From: Utricularia gibba
Lineage: Eukaryota > Plantae > Magnoliophyta
Direction of reading: 5' to 3'
Assembly: GCA_002189035.1 (NCBI GenBank)
Contig: NEEC01000007.1
Coordinates: 62,001 to 126,000, forward strand
Length of the DNA stretch: 64,000 nucleotides
Below, in pieces: positions 49,623 through 62,107 of this stretch; the first letter of the stretch is position 1; each line of letters opens with the position of its first letter. Made by a program: the position numbers and the translations under genes. The notes under the pieces were generated by a model. The model had not been told where the DNA came from. It ran no database searches and saw nothing but the letters and a program-made list of their open reading frames with translations.

Positions 49623-52600
49623 TCATTCGAATGCTAATCGTTGCGAGTCCACGAGAGACGCGTAAAGGCCCTTCTTCTCCAGGAGCTCCGAGTGTGTTCC
49701 CAGTTCTACGATCTTGCCGTCGGCGCACAGAGCGATCGCATCGGCGCTCTGAACTGTGCTCAGCCTGTGGGCGATCACCAGAGTTGTTCTTCCCTTCATC
49801 AGCCGGTTCAACGCCTCTTGCACCAGACGTTCGCTAACCGTGTCCAGAGCACTTGTAGCCTGCACACCACCAAAATGCATTGTAGGAGAAAACTACAGCG
49901 ATGAACTCTCCTACCATTCTGTGCTATTGCACCTCATCCAGGATCAAGACAGGAGCATTCTTGAGCAGAGCCCTCGCAATGGCGATCCTCTGAAGATCGA
50001 GAAAATTGGATCAGATGGGGCGGTTCTATCGACGGACGGACTGGGGTGTGCATTCATTACCTGTCTCTGACCACCGCTGAGCATCCCTCCACGCTCCCCC
50101 ACTTGCGTGTCGTAGCCCTACAGAGTGTGCACACCCATCAGAAGAAGCATCAAGGTTAGTGCGAGGGAGGACCCGAGGAGGTTCACAACCTGTGGCAATG
50201 CGATAATGAAGTCATGAGCATTGGCAGCTCTAGCAGCCTTTATCACATCGTCCTTGGAAACATCTTCGTCTGGCAGACCGTAGGCGATGTTCTCTCCCAC
50301 CGAGAAGGAAAACAGAACAGGTTCCTGTTGCAAAACAGAACATCAAACAACAGACGAGATGCTGGAGCCAGATCAGGAGGAAAGAAACAAAACGTGATAC
50401 TTGATTCACGATGGAGACTGTACGAGCCCATTCGCTCTTGTCGAACGTCCGGAGATCCTCTCCAGAGACTGTGATGCGCCCTTTTGTTGGCTGCAACATC
50501 ACACCCTTCATTACACCAACCGCCAAGTTTTTGTACCAAGGAATCGTCGTACCTCGTAAAATCGAGCCAAAAGCTGAACTATGGTGCTTTTGCCTGCTCC
50601 ACTCGGACCAACAAGAGATGTGACCGTTCCACATTTTAGATTCAGATCAAGACCCTTCAAGATCTCCACATCTGGCCTCAGTGGATACGAGAAGTAAACA
50701 TCTGCACGGCAACCAAGTGTTTTACCACAAGCCTCCGGGTCCATCAAAAACCTCTTCAAGCTGTAGTAGCTTAGTAACTACCTTCAAGTGATATATCACA
50801 TGACTGGGCAAGGCTGCGGACATGGCTAGTCGATTTCAAAGAAGACATGTAGCCCATGGCATTGGCCTGCGCCTCACCATAAAAACCATTGAAGAAGAGA
50901 CCACCAAGACGAAAGTTTCTTGTCTTAAAGTCTTTCTGCATGGCGTGGGCTAGTGCTTCATCTGTTTCAGCACTGGATAGAACTGAGTTAATTCTTTCGA
51001 CAGCCGCGAGGGCTCCACGGAGATCCGCTAGCGTATTGACCACCCCTTGAACCTGGTAAGGCACCAAATCTTCTTCAAGTAACTCGAGAAATGGAAGGGG
51101 AGAAAAGAAGAGAAAAAATACAACTTACAGCAAATGTCAGCGTAAAAGTATATCCAATGAAGGAGATTATGGTGCCAACTGCAAGTTCGCCCTGTTTTCA
51201 ATCATCAAGAGATGGTAGCGTGCAGGAAAGTCAATATGGAGATGGACTAAGAAATTAACTTCAAGGTCCTTACACTTTTAACTTTGCTACCACCGAGGCA
51301 ATACAAGGCCATTAGAGACAAGTACACAGCAACCCTTGTGAGTGACTCGTTGAAGGACTTAAACATCCCGAGCGTCATTCCAGTAGACTCGTACTCGAGA
51401 ACCTGCAGGGGCCAATTTGTATGCAACTTATAGTCGTGTTCCATCTGAGCACCCGGAAAAAAAACAAAGATTGCTTCTACCTTCTGACCAAAAAGGGACA
51501 TCTGATGTTTCTCTCCTCCAAATGATCGAACCTGATCGTACACAGAGAAAGTCTGATATGAGATGAAAATTTTATAACTGGCGTAGCTGATAAGGCTAAG
51601 ATCTTACAGTACGTATAGCGGCAATGGTCTCATTCACAGTGTCAGCAATTGATGCTTGAGCCGAGCCATGAGATTTGAAAGCAGTCACTGTTGTTCTTCT
51701 GTAAACAGCTACAGCATCCTCATGGTCAGTAGATGAGCAACACATTCATTAGAGGGAGGCAGTTACTGGAAGGTTACCAACTAGGGCAGATATAGAGATC
51801 ATAAGAAGACCCAAAAGTGGAGCCAGTTGGGGTGAAAGAGCAAAGAGTATGCATAAAGTTCCGATAACCTGAAGCATCATTTTGACAACTAAAAAAATAG
51901 GTGCCAAAATAATAAACATCAATCTCAAGATTTACTTGCCTCAGAAACTGCCCGGAAACCACGATCTCGAGATATGTTTTCACTGACAATGTTCTTCAAA
52001 GAACCCAAATCAGACGTTAATAAGGCAGTCAGCTCACCAACCTAAAGTGATGGAATAAGCAAAGAGTGAAGAGCTCGCAGAAAACATAGTGCAATATTGT
52101 TGAGGATGTTAATTCTATCTCACATCCTCTACGATCATAAAATAAGCATCTTCCATATTTACCTTGTATCTATCGAAGAAAGAAACCTGCACAAACACAA
52201 AAATTACAGGTCAGAAAATGGAACACAAATGAAGACTTTTTTGGGTAAAGCTAGGAGCAAGATCAACTCAAATCATCGTTTCATTTGAATAGGAAGGAAA
52301 ACGAGCATACTTTCTTAATCAACATTATCCGGAATATTTGAGCTCTTAATCTTGACATAACCTTCTCCCACATTGCATTCATGTTAATCACGAAAGTGAT
52401 AGTAAAAATGGGTTCCAAAGCATACAGAAGCCCCACAGTGCTTAACAACTGCCACAGCGTTTCCGGCCTCGCTCCAATTAGTACCTCGAAAAATCTCCCT
52501 GAAGTAAAAGAAGCTTGAACGATGACTGAAAACAACAGACTTCTCCAAAAAGAAATAAAAAGGTTTACCAGAATATATAGGCATTGCAAGAGTACAGGAA

Positions 52601-52968
52601 GTACAGCCCACAAGCGCAAGAGACGAGATCAAAATCCTCCATTTGTGCAACCAGAGAAACCTCAGCAACAACCCCCAAGTTATCACGTCACGGGGCTGCA
52701 GCTCCTCGGTCTTATCAGACGCATCGACTTTCGGATTGTTTTCTGACACGATAGCGTCGAAAGCAGGGCCAGAAACATAAGCATTCGACACCAATCTTGA
52801 TTTTTGGGAAGCTCTTTGCTGAGAAACCCATGAGCTCAAACAATAAAAAATCGGATTCTTTGTGTTCTTGGAAATTCTGAGGCTTAAACAAGGGGTTCTG
52901 TCAGCAAGAAGGGTCCTTTCGCGGAAAGAATTGATGGGGGGAGCAAAGAGAGCAGACACAGCAGCCAT
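49623..52968 (-). CDS. ABCB28: ABC transporter B family half-transporter with plastid-transit-like N-terminus (ABCB28/NAP8-like)
   Basis: ATG 52968. TMD exons ([40 protein letters not shown]), Walker [11 protein letters not shown]-loop NQEPVLF, signature [25 protein letters not shown] and IAHRLSTV. Confidence 0.95.
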
Positions 52969-53705
52969 TTCTGTCTTCCGATTAAACCGAACTGGTTTCC
53001 GTAATGCTTTCGAGAAGAATTTTCCCACCAATGGAATACAAGGAAATCAGATTTCCATGATAGCCTAACCGAAATGGAGCGTGAGGGGAAAACTGTTTCG
53101 TAAAAAAGTTAAAATAACAGTGTTGGAGATTGAGATTACCATTACTCTGAAACCCTTGTGGGCTGCCCTACCCTCCTTTGGCTTCGATTATGGATAGCAG
53201 AGAAAGTCGACGCATTGATTTCCCATGCCCACTTCTTCACCTATCGTTGGCCTATTTGGAAAATCTCAAATCGGCCCTGTGCTGTTCTGCGTCCCGCAAG
53301 TTCATGATATCAGCCACTTGAGCCGGTGGGGCGGCCACACGCAAAGGACTTCACTTGATCGCAATCTTCCCAGCCGCAAATGGTACACTAAAAACCTTGA
53401 TCTCATTGGGCAACGTCACAACCCTTCTCCAAGTTGCTCATTCCATTCCTGATAGATTGAAAAGGGATGGGGGAGGGGAGAATGATGCGCTGTCACCAGG
53501 AGGCAGGGATGCCTGTGCTGTTCCCCCTCCAATGATTTTACAGTTTAATCTTGCTTTACAAAAATAAATATAATAAAACGAAATGTGTGTATTATCCGAG
53601 TGCTTTACATTGCGTTGACCGCACGGAGAAGAAAGTACGGATTCGTGAATCAAGGAAAGGGGAATCTTCAACCCGCAGCAAAAACTTGGGAACAAACAGA
53701 CAAAA

Positions 53706-54395
53706 TCAAGACGAGAAGTTCCAGAGCGACATGTCGTATCCATCTTCAACGTCATCGTAGTATACCTGCTGCGGCGGCGGCACCATCAGCCCCTCTGCCA
53801 TATTCGTCAGCAACCCGTATTCGGTATCCTGCTCCATGAAGAACGCATCCTCTGGCGTGGTCGAGGGCAACAAGGATGAGGCGGAGGAGGAGGTCTCTGG
53901 TTCCTCCTCCTTCTCTCGCGGCTGCGGCTCCGGTGCGAAGGCTTCGGCGGCCTCCGCCGCGGCTTTCTGGATGTCCTTGGGGTCTGTGGACGCTGGTACG
54001 GGTAAGCGCCAGGCAGAGTCGGCGAAATTGAGACACGCCGACTTCCCCCTGAGTGCCAGAGCAGCCACGTCGTGTGCGCGGGCCGCCATTTCGAGCGTGG
54101 GGAATGTCCCCAGCCAAATCCTGGTCTTCTTGTTGGGCTCCCTCACTTCGCAAACCCACTTACCGGAGTTGCGCCTGCGGACGCCGCGATAGACGGGGTG
54201 ACGAGTCTCCCTGAACTTCTTCCTCCCCGCCCGCTTCTTGGGATTGTTGGAAGCCAAAATTACCTCCTCGTCCGACAAGGTCGCCCGGGTGCCGTTGTCG
54301 GAGGAGGTGTCGATGATCGGCGATCCGGATGACCAGAGCAAGTCCTGGGCACCCCCTGAAAATGGGTCAGAGTAGCAGAGAGTGAGCTTCTTCAT
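53706..54395 (-). CDS. CBF: CBF/DREB1 cold-responsive AP2/ERF transcription factor, 229 aa
   Basis: Both CBF signatures, [16 protein letters not shown] and DSAWR, flank the AP2 domain. C-terminal LWNF. The first ATG is at 54395 (the ORF-track start is GTG). Confidence 0.97.
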   Translation of the reverse strand: MKKLTLCYSDPFSGGAQDLLWSSGSPIIDTSSDNGTRATLSDEEVILASNNPKKRAGRKKFRETRHPVYRGVRRRNSGKWVCEVREPNKKTRIWLGTFPTLEMAARAHDVAALALRGKSACLNFADSAWRLPVPASTDPKDIQKAAAEAAEAFAPEPQPREKEEEPETSSSASSLLPSTTPEDAFFMEQDTEYGLLTNMAEGLMVPPPQQVYYDDVEDGYDMSLWNFSS

Positions 54396-54883
54396 AATCT
54401 CCACAATTGATTGGGTTGGCGGGCAATAGGATCGAAGGAGGAGAGTAGCAGTGGGAGTGAGAGTGTGAGGAAGATGAGTTGATATACGTGTGGTTCAAAG
54501 TGGGAGGACTGCGGATTCAACACGGAAAGGGGAAGGCTACAGGCTGTGAGGAAACTGGAAAAAGTGTGGGGACTGGGTGGTGACGGGGACACCAGGGCTG
54601 GAGCCTACACGCCCACAGCTGCCTCCTGGCGACATGTGTCGGTTATTTCGGCCGCAGTGCCCGCCACCTGGCGGTTGACAGGTCAAGGTCAGACCCTCAT
54701 TTCATTTTATATTGTTTCCGTGTCGCAGGCCCCGTGCGGGGGGTTTTAACCGTTGTTGTTGGTGGAAGGAAGGAAATGCATCAGATTTTATTAGCAGGGG
54801 ATTGGGAATGGGAGGCGACAGAAGGAAAGTCAAAGGCTACTGTCTCCACGGGCGCTTAATAACCGTGTTACCAAGTCAACCAC

Positions 54884-54885
54884 AT

Positions 54886-54932
<47 letters not shown>

Positions 54933-54933
54933 T
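54884..54933. repeat. (GATGAC)7 hexamer microsatellite about 490 bp upstream of CBF
   Basis: TGACG cores at 54888, 54894, 54900, 54906, 54912, 54918 and 54924. Confidence 0.95.
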
Positions 54934-55135
54934 GGGGGTAATGGATCCTCCGGCTCCCGTTTCCCCACCCATCAAAACCGGGCGGCGGTGTGGGTCCCGG
55001 GTAGATTCAACGCGATTCTCGTTCCAGGCGGGCGACAGTTAACTCAACCGCCATGAAGGGGACGGACCTTCATTCTAAATCTGCTGTCTGTCTGCCCGTC
55101 TGTCTCATCTTGGGCAAATTGGCTGGCCCACCCAA

Positions 55136-55152
55136 ACGCGTCCATCGCGTGT
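55136..55152. promoter_or_regulatory. Paired CAMTA-type CGCG/CGTG boxes upstream of CBF
   Basis: ACGCGT at 55136-55141 and CGCGTGT at 55146-55152. A further ACGCGC lies near 55363. Confidence 0.45.
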
Positions 55153-55400
55153 CCACCCCTAAATTCTAACTGACTGGCTCCAGGGGACAACGAACACACG
55201 TCCCCTCCCATCCCCTGCCCTGCCAGACCACGAATCCAACTCCCCCTGCGGGGCCCACTGCTTCATCTTGCTGATTTCTGTCTGTACTACACGGGGCCGG
55301 GCAGGACTAGGAGGAGGAAGAGGATTGCCTCAACAATCGCTATTCTTAGAAAGTACAACACCACGCGCGCTCGTCGCAGCATCGACAAGCACCATACTAA

Positions 55401-55436
55401 AGATAGATAGATACATACATACATACATAGATAGAT
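55401..55436. repeat. Compound (GATA)n/(CATA)n tetranucleotide repeat
   Basis: agatagatagatacatacatacatacatagatagat. Confidence 0.9.
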
Positions 55437-55497
55437 GGGTACGTACATATGGATGATATGCATCCCTTGTAACCAATAATTGGATGTACGGGTTTAC

Positions 55498-56325
55498 TCA
55501 ATCATGACCTCCCTGAAGGACTGAGTAGCTCCACAGGTTGTCATCGCCTGAGAAATTCGCCGACACCTCCTCCTGCTCCTCCATCTCGTATGACGCCGAT
55601 TTCAGCCGCGGCGGACTCACTAGCATACCCTCCGCCATCTCCGCCAGCAGCTTCGGCATCTCAAACAGCTCCTCCTCATCAACGAACTCCTCCCCTGGAG
55701 AAAAAGCGTCACCCGTTGCGTCGGGGAGCAGAAATGCCGGTATGTCCTTCTCCAACGCAGACGGAGGCGGAGGCGGATGGGGGGAATTTGGATTTGATAA
55801 ACCTTCAGTCTCATGGCCGGAGAGTGGAGATTCGGTTGTATCTCCAGTGTCGCTGCTCTTCACCGACAGCGGTTCTGGAAAATGATTAGTGCCTTCGTCG
55901 GCCGGTGGGAACTCAATTTGAACTTCAACAGAACCTCCGGTATCACATTTGATGAGGCCACTAGCGGCGGCAGCCGCCGCCCGTATGTCTCCGGCCCCCT
56001 GAGAAGCCGGGACAGGGTAACAAGTAGCCAGATGAGGGAAGTTAAGCGCGGGTTCGGGGCCCTTCAACGCCAATGTGGCGACGTCGTAAGCCGCGGCCGC
56101 CATCTCCGCGGTGGCATAGGTGCCGAGCCATATCCTGGTCGTCTTCCGGGGCTCCCGTATCTCGGACACCCATTTCCCGCTCCTGCATCGAATTCCCTTG
56201 AAGACGGGGTGCCGCCCCGACCTGGGGGATGGGATTTGAGGGGCCACAGCTGAAGCGGGGGCGCCGGAATCGGGGGAAGAGAGTTCTGTCACGTGTTGCG
56301 GAGAAGGAGGAGAATCCAAGTCCAT
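55498..56325 (-). CDS. DREB subgroup A-4 / group III AP2/ERF factor (ERF025/026/027-like), 275 aa
   Basis: [78 protein letters not shown] and DNLWSY. CBF signatures are absent. Confidence 0.93.
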   Translation of the reverse strand: MDLDSPPSPQHVTELSSPDSGAPASAVAPQIPSPRSGRHPVFKGIRCRSGKWVSEIREPRKTTRIWLGTYATAEMAAAAYDVATLALKGPEPALNFPHLATCYPVPASQGAGDIRAAAAAASGLIKCDTGGSVEVQIEFPPADEGTNHFPEPLSVKSSDTGDTTESPLSGHETEGLSNPNSPHPPPPPSALEKDIPAFLLPDATGDAFSPGEEFVDEEELFEMPKLLAEMAEGMLVSPPRLKSASYEMEEQEEVSANFSGDDNLWSYSVLQGGHD

Positions 56326-56992
56326 GCATTTAAAATGTGTTGGTTGCGGCTGACAGGTTGAAGAGGATATTATAAGGAGAGGGAATGGCGTGGGGAAATC
56401 GCGGCAGTTGCTCCCTCTGTTCTGATCCTGACGCTTGACTTTTGCTACCCTGAGACAAGCTGTTTCCAGTTACTCCACGCGCCTCTCGATTGTCGTTTTC
56501 CCCAACAATCCCATCACCAGCGATTATAAGGACAGAAGCTTCGTGTCGGATGCCACGTCGTTTTCTGATGCTGGCGCCCCAAGTGAGAAAACAAGTACGG
56601 ATTACGACAACTCATTGCTTTATTGCAGATGCATTCAAACTGTCTGTCCGCAACAGCACAACACGGGACCCGGCCCAACTCCCAACACGCACTGAGTTGG
56701 GCTCATCGGCCCAAACACCAGCTTGTCTTCTGGTCCCCATCCCGGACCTTGTCCTCCGGAGCCTAAATAAAAACAAACCCCCCCATCCATTCATCATTCC
56801 TCTCTTTGGTTGCTCGCCAAAATCAAATCAGACAAATTGTACATCATTCCCTGCCTGCCTTTGTCCCAATTTTTATTCATTATTCCAAACCCATGTGAAT
56901 GAAGCAAGCAAACAAACAAACCACGAATTTATGCCACGTGGACACCAAATCCACGAATATTCTTTACTTGGGAGTGGAGCAGATCGATCAGT

Positions 56993-58146
56993 TCATCCAT
57001 CCCATGGGAAAAAACTAGACTGCGCTGGTCTTGATGGATTCTCGCCCTTGCCCGGTCCTGGAACCGGGTCGAACGTCTCCCATTGCGTTGTTATCACGAC
57101 CCGGGCGCCCGAGGAAGAGTGCCTCCTCGACGATGGCGGATGCTTTGGGGACCCCATCCCGAGATCCACATGGGAACTCCCGCCGTTGTCTACATGGCCG
57201 GACGCGGGGGCCGCCGGAGATGACTTCTTCATCTTCAAAACATCCAGACTTTCCACGCACTTTTGCACCCTCATCACCTTCGCAAGATACAACAGATAAC
57301 AACATCGAGGTCCCTGGTGATCTATCGGTCTAACAATTTCAAGTACCTACCTGCATTTTCCTCTGCAGCTTTACGTCTCCATCAGCAGCAATGGCGTCCA
57401 GCTTCAGCAATTGGTTCATCAGTAATTCAATCAAGCTCACCACATCCTTCTCAGCAATCTTCCCACCCTTCGAAACGACGGTTTCGAGCAGTGATACCTG
57501 ATCCAGCGTCGCAGCGAAAACGATTGATTGTGATTCCAGATGTTGATACATGAACTCAAAATCGAGGGAGGGATTGGTTGATTACTAAGCACCTCGGAAG
57601 CAAGTCTATCGACTTCCAGGCTGATTGCGGATATGGACTTTGAAGCTCTCTCCATTTTAGCATTCCTGATCATTTCGATGTACCGTTTCTCCTGACTGAT
57701 GGGATCCTCCACAAGGATGATTTTTGACTTGTCCTTCACCCCCGCCATGTCTAGAAATGCGCCGGAATCCCTTTCTTTCTTCTTGTAAAAGAGTTTCTGG
57801 TCTTGATGCTGCAGGCCAGTCGGCCCTGACAACATCTTCTTCAACTCCCCTGTTCCAGATGGAACCGATAATGAATGTACTGGAAATAAAATAAAACAGA
57901 ACCGAGTCCTCGATAGGGAGCAAGTTCAGAGCGTCCATTACCGAAAGTGGCCTGGGAGCTGATATTTATCTCGTGATAAACGGATCCGTACTTAACCCGT
58001 ACACGGATTGCCGGCGGCGGCGCTCCGCGGTTTTGGCCTTCCGCCCGCTTCTGGACCAGCATTCCTCCTGGCCTCAGTTCCCATTCCTTTTCTCCACCGG
58101 TGGCGCCCCCATTGTTCCGAGGGGGGTTGGAATCACTACTCATCAT
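56993..58146 (-). CDS. BAG1: BAG family chaperone regulator (BAG1-3 type, ubiquitin-like + BAG domains), 4 exons
   Basis: EWELRPGGMLVQKR, IRVRVKYGSVYHEINISSQATFG|ELKKML, LIELLMNQLLKLDAIAADGDVKLQRKMQ and VVITTQWETFD. Confidence 0.93.
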
Positions 58147-59597
58147 CTTCTTCGACAGTCAGAACGGTTTCCCGTGAGTGACGCTAGAAATTCAGAAAGA
58201 AATTGAAAAGATGAAACGGCTAAGAGAGAATCCCTGAAAACGAGACAATTATGCGGAATTCGAGAAGGAGAAGAGGCGAGGCGAGGCGAGGCGAGAATTC
58301 CAAACCTGAAACTGGGGGCAAACCGAAGCCACGCGGTCTCCCTATAACAAGAAGAAGAAAAAAATGTTTCTACCTAATTAATAAGGAATTCTTCCTTCCT
58401 TCCTTCCTCTGTGCACACCAAGTCAAACCCGGGAATGAGGGCACCGACAGCGGCCCGGTGGATGAGATCTCCGTGGAGAAAGGGAGGCAGGCAGAAAGAA
58501 TCCGGTTGAGAGAGAGGAGGGAAAGAATTAATGGGAGTGGGTGAGAAGAGAAAGGAAAAGAAAGCAAATGAAGGCGTGCGAAGCCAGGGGGCGGCGCTGT
58601 GGGGGGAGAGAGAGAGATTGTGTGTGCGGAGGAAGCGAAAAGGAAAAAGGAGTGGAATGAGATAGACAAGGATTCCTTCCTTCCTTCCTTGCTAGATTGC
58701 TGTAACCTACCCCAGCCCCCACCCAGAGTCGTGCGTCTTACATAGCAAGTAAACCCTCGTTTTTGAGGGTGGGCGGGCGGGCGAGCGAGAGGGATTACTA
58801 ATAATAACAATAACAAATTTACTTAACTAAATACTTGAAGGATCCCCATTCCCTGGCCTGACTGCCCACTAGACCTGGACAGGGCGAACCCATCCCTTCC
58901 CCTCGCTAATTAATTTACAAAGATCCGGCACATCGAGGAGGGGAGGGGCTGCCTTGACGGGAACGCACGAGTAGGAGTAGTGGGGGGCAGCGAATTGATT
59001 GATTCATTGAGGTGGCCGGTGCCAGGAGCCGAGTCCAGTACCCCACCCGCCCCCCATCCGCGCTCAGCAGCAGCGCTGCTTAGCGGCTGCCGGCAACCAA
59101 TCCAATCCCGCTGCGGGTAAACCGGATTTTGACCTCTCTTGTCGTTACCTTCACGCCACGTCTCCCTCGGTCGGTGCCCATGGGCCCACTCCCCACCCAA
59201 AAACGCCAATTACTTTGCGCTTTTGTCCGGACTGGACTGGACTGGAGGCACCAATTGTCTGCCCGCTCCGCTCCGCTCCAACCCACCAGCCACCAAGATT
59301 CACACACGGATACCACCCTACGTTTGCTTTTCCTCCAAGTATCCGTTGTTGCCATCTCCAACAAAACTAGGCATCCCTGGAATCCATGCCCTCCATCCAT
59401 CTCTCTGTCGCAGCTGTCCTTCGCATTCAACCCCACCTTCCCCAACCCCCCGCCTCTTCCTCGTCTGATCCGCTGCGGGTCAGGCACTTGGTTTTCAGGC
59501 ACCCATCAACACTGAACAAATAAAAAAGAAACTACACTGAAATCAAGTGACTGTAAGGAGCGGCCTATTTCCATTGCATCTCTACGAAGACAGGTAG

Positions 59598-60817
59598 TTA
59601 GTTGACTGTAAATTTCTCCGCAATCGCAGCTATCCAAGACTCTTCTTTATCACTAAACCCATCTTCTACGCTTGAAGCCAGCAGAATGAAGCCCCTGCTC
59701 TTCCCCGTACTCGGAATAGGCTGCACCATGAGGCACTTGGTCTCCTCAGGAACCATCTCCTTCACCTCAGAATCCATAGCTTGATGAAGATAGGCTGCAT
59801 CATTCAAGTCACATAGCCGGCTCCTCTCGACCCATAACTGGAACCAATTGCAAACATCTTCATTTGACAACCCCACTGGTGCATTCCAGTATCCACGAAC
59901 ACATAAGGCATCTTCGACAACGACGAGCTACATATGTGAACCTCATATTACCTAGGCTGAAATTGAAGGATACTTTTCTTAAGAGGAAAAGGTGGCAACA
60001 AACCACTGATATGGAGTTCGTATTGCGTAGCAGAGCATATGTCGCCCAGGCGAAATCTTCTTTTACATTATCAGCGATGCCATCTGACATCACAAATATT
60101 TGCTCGACGCCTTCTGGTATTGTTCTGCTCTCATTTGGGGATGCTCCCTGGACAATCATTTAGCAGTCTATTTATCATGCATAAGATTGACCACCACTGT
60201 CAGTATCCGCTAATAGAAACTTACTACTAGTCTTAGCATTACCATAAAATGGCTTCAAATATCTCACCTTCAGAAACTTACCAAGATATGGAACAGCTGC
60301 GGAAAAGATAGCCAGAGAAAGCCCTAGGCTCTCGCTTGTCTAAATAATTAGAAACATTCAGATAGTCACAGGGGGGGTTCCAAACCCAAAATACGGATTG
60401 GAACAGGGAAAGGAATCAAGAATCGTTACCAGCTGGGCGGGGTAATGGAGGATGCATCCGAGCCCACAAAATGATTCAGCACCAGGAGAGCCCCAAACGC
60501 GTATCCGATGTATCTGGGCAAGTACGATTCATTCAAACCTGGAATCCCTGGCGAAGCAAAAGAAATCTATCGCACGAATTTTTCCCTCAATCCAATTAAA
60601 TGGTGAAGGGCGTACCCAGAGTGAAGCGGAGAACGGAGAGGTTAACCTGTTGCTGAGAAGCGCCTCTGTGACAGCACCGAATCCTAAAAAACGTTGGTTT
60701 TCTCAGAGTGGATTTCGAACGCGCCCTGAGACCGGCGGGACACGCGAAGGGACCCGGGATAACCCCAATCCCACTGCTCATTTCGACTGCGCCACAGATT
60801 CCGAGGGAGGACGCCAT
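59598..60817 (-). CDS. CCB2: Cofactor assembly of complex C subunit B CCB2 (HCF208), chloroplast, 5 exons
   Basis: QQVNLSVLRFTLG|IPGLNESYLPRYIG, SESLGLSLA, VKEDFAWATYALLRNTNSISV, LCVRGYWN and WIAAIAEKF. Confidence 0.93.
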
Positions 60818-61217
60818 AGACTTCGAGCACCACGCCACGCCTGGGGGGCCGGCCCATTAAGGCCTTCTGAAAAGTAAATGGGCCTCTGACAGCCCAGCCC
60901 CACATAATTACTATCTTTGAATAATATTAATTTGGTAGGCAGAACAGTTTCCCAAATGACATTCCTGCCTCCGATGGGCAGCAGTCCCCCCGCAAGTCCG
61001 TGCACGTCAATCCAAAATCCAAAAGGGTAAAAAATAAAGTATTAACTGTGGAGCAGCCACCGGCGACCACAGGAATCAGGATGTCGTGTTTTCTCTGCTT
61101 TCGCCATCACCAGGCCAGGAGCAGAGCAGAGGGGGCACTGGGCGGGGCTCAGGTCAGGCTGTCTGTAATTCACATCAGGAGCTGGGTTATGCGTGTACGG
61201 ATGGATGATTAGGCGGA

Positions 61218-61234
61218 GGGGGGGGGGGGGGGGG
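61218..61234. repeat. Poly-G tract (G17)
   Basis: Read directly in the CCB2-EMS1 divergent spacer. Confidence 0.9.
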
Positions 61235-62107
61235 AGCCGGTGGAGGCCACCACCACCATCATGCTACAGCTACAGGCTACAGGCTACAGCTACTGCTACT
61301 CTATGGGTATCATTTTTTTGCTATAAACCCCAGCATTATTTATTGTCCCATAAAGACAGGCCATTATTGTATGGTATTAGCACGTGGTGAATGAGCACTA
61401 AGCGGATCAGATGAGGACCCAAGCAGCTTGGCTTCCATACTTCCCATTAATGACTCCATTCCGTGATTGGATTAATCCAACCACTTCTCTTCCCAAGTTT
61501 GGAGCTTCGTTGTTGGGAAGCTTTGACCTTGCGCAGGTGGAAACCGGTTCCGGGCCAAAATGCCACTCCCAATCCCATCTAGTGCTGTTGGTAAATAAGT
61601 GCTGTAATGAAGGGGGCGTCAAGCGTCGGCAGTAACTCAAGTTTTTTGCTTCCATGGTAAATGAAGGCTAAGTTGGGAATAGGAGGGATGGGAGGGGGTA
61701 ATCAGGTAAATGCAACTGCTGTGAAACATCGTCCTCATCAAGACTGCAACGCCCGCTGCTGCCACCAATAAATTGTTTTCATGGAATTCGGATCTCCCCA
61801 CCCCGTCCTAAAATCATCGCCAGGGGGGTAAACCGACGTCGTTTCCGGGTGTTTCGTCTTTATCGTGCTCCACCTGCCTCCTTTGCATGAAACGTAGATG
61901 CCATCACCCAAATTCTTTTGTGTGCACTCTGAATGAGTAGAGTATTCTCTTAAGAATGAGAAAAATGCTTCGATTTCTGTACCATCACCAACCCTACCTC
62001 CTCATGTTCCCAACAAACCGTACCTCCTGAGTTCACGTGTCGTTGTTTTGTTTTTTGAAAAGCTCTACCCCGGCCTGTTTTTGTTTCAGTTTCTGGTTCT
62101 TCAAACC

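Noticed and set aside
56490-57299. 269-aa plus-strand ORF
   Set aside because: Antisense to the BAG last exon and the DREB promoter. Non-ATG start and no recognisable domain.
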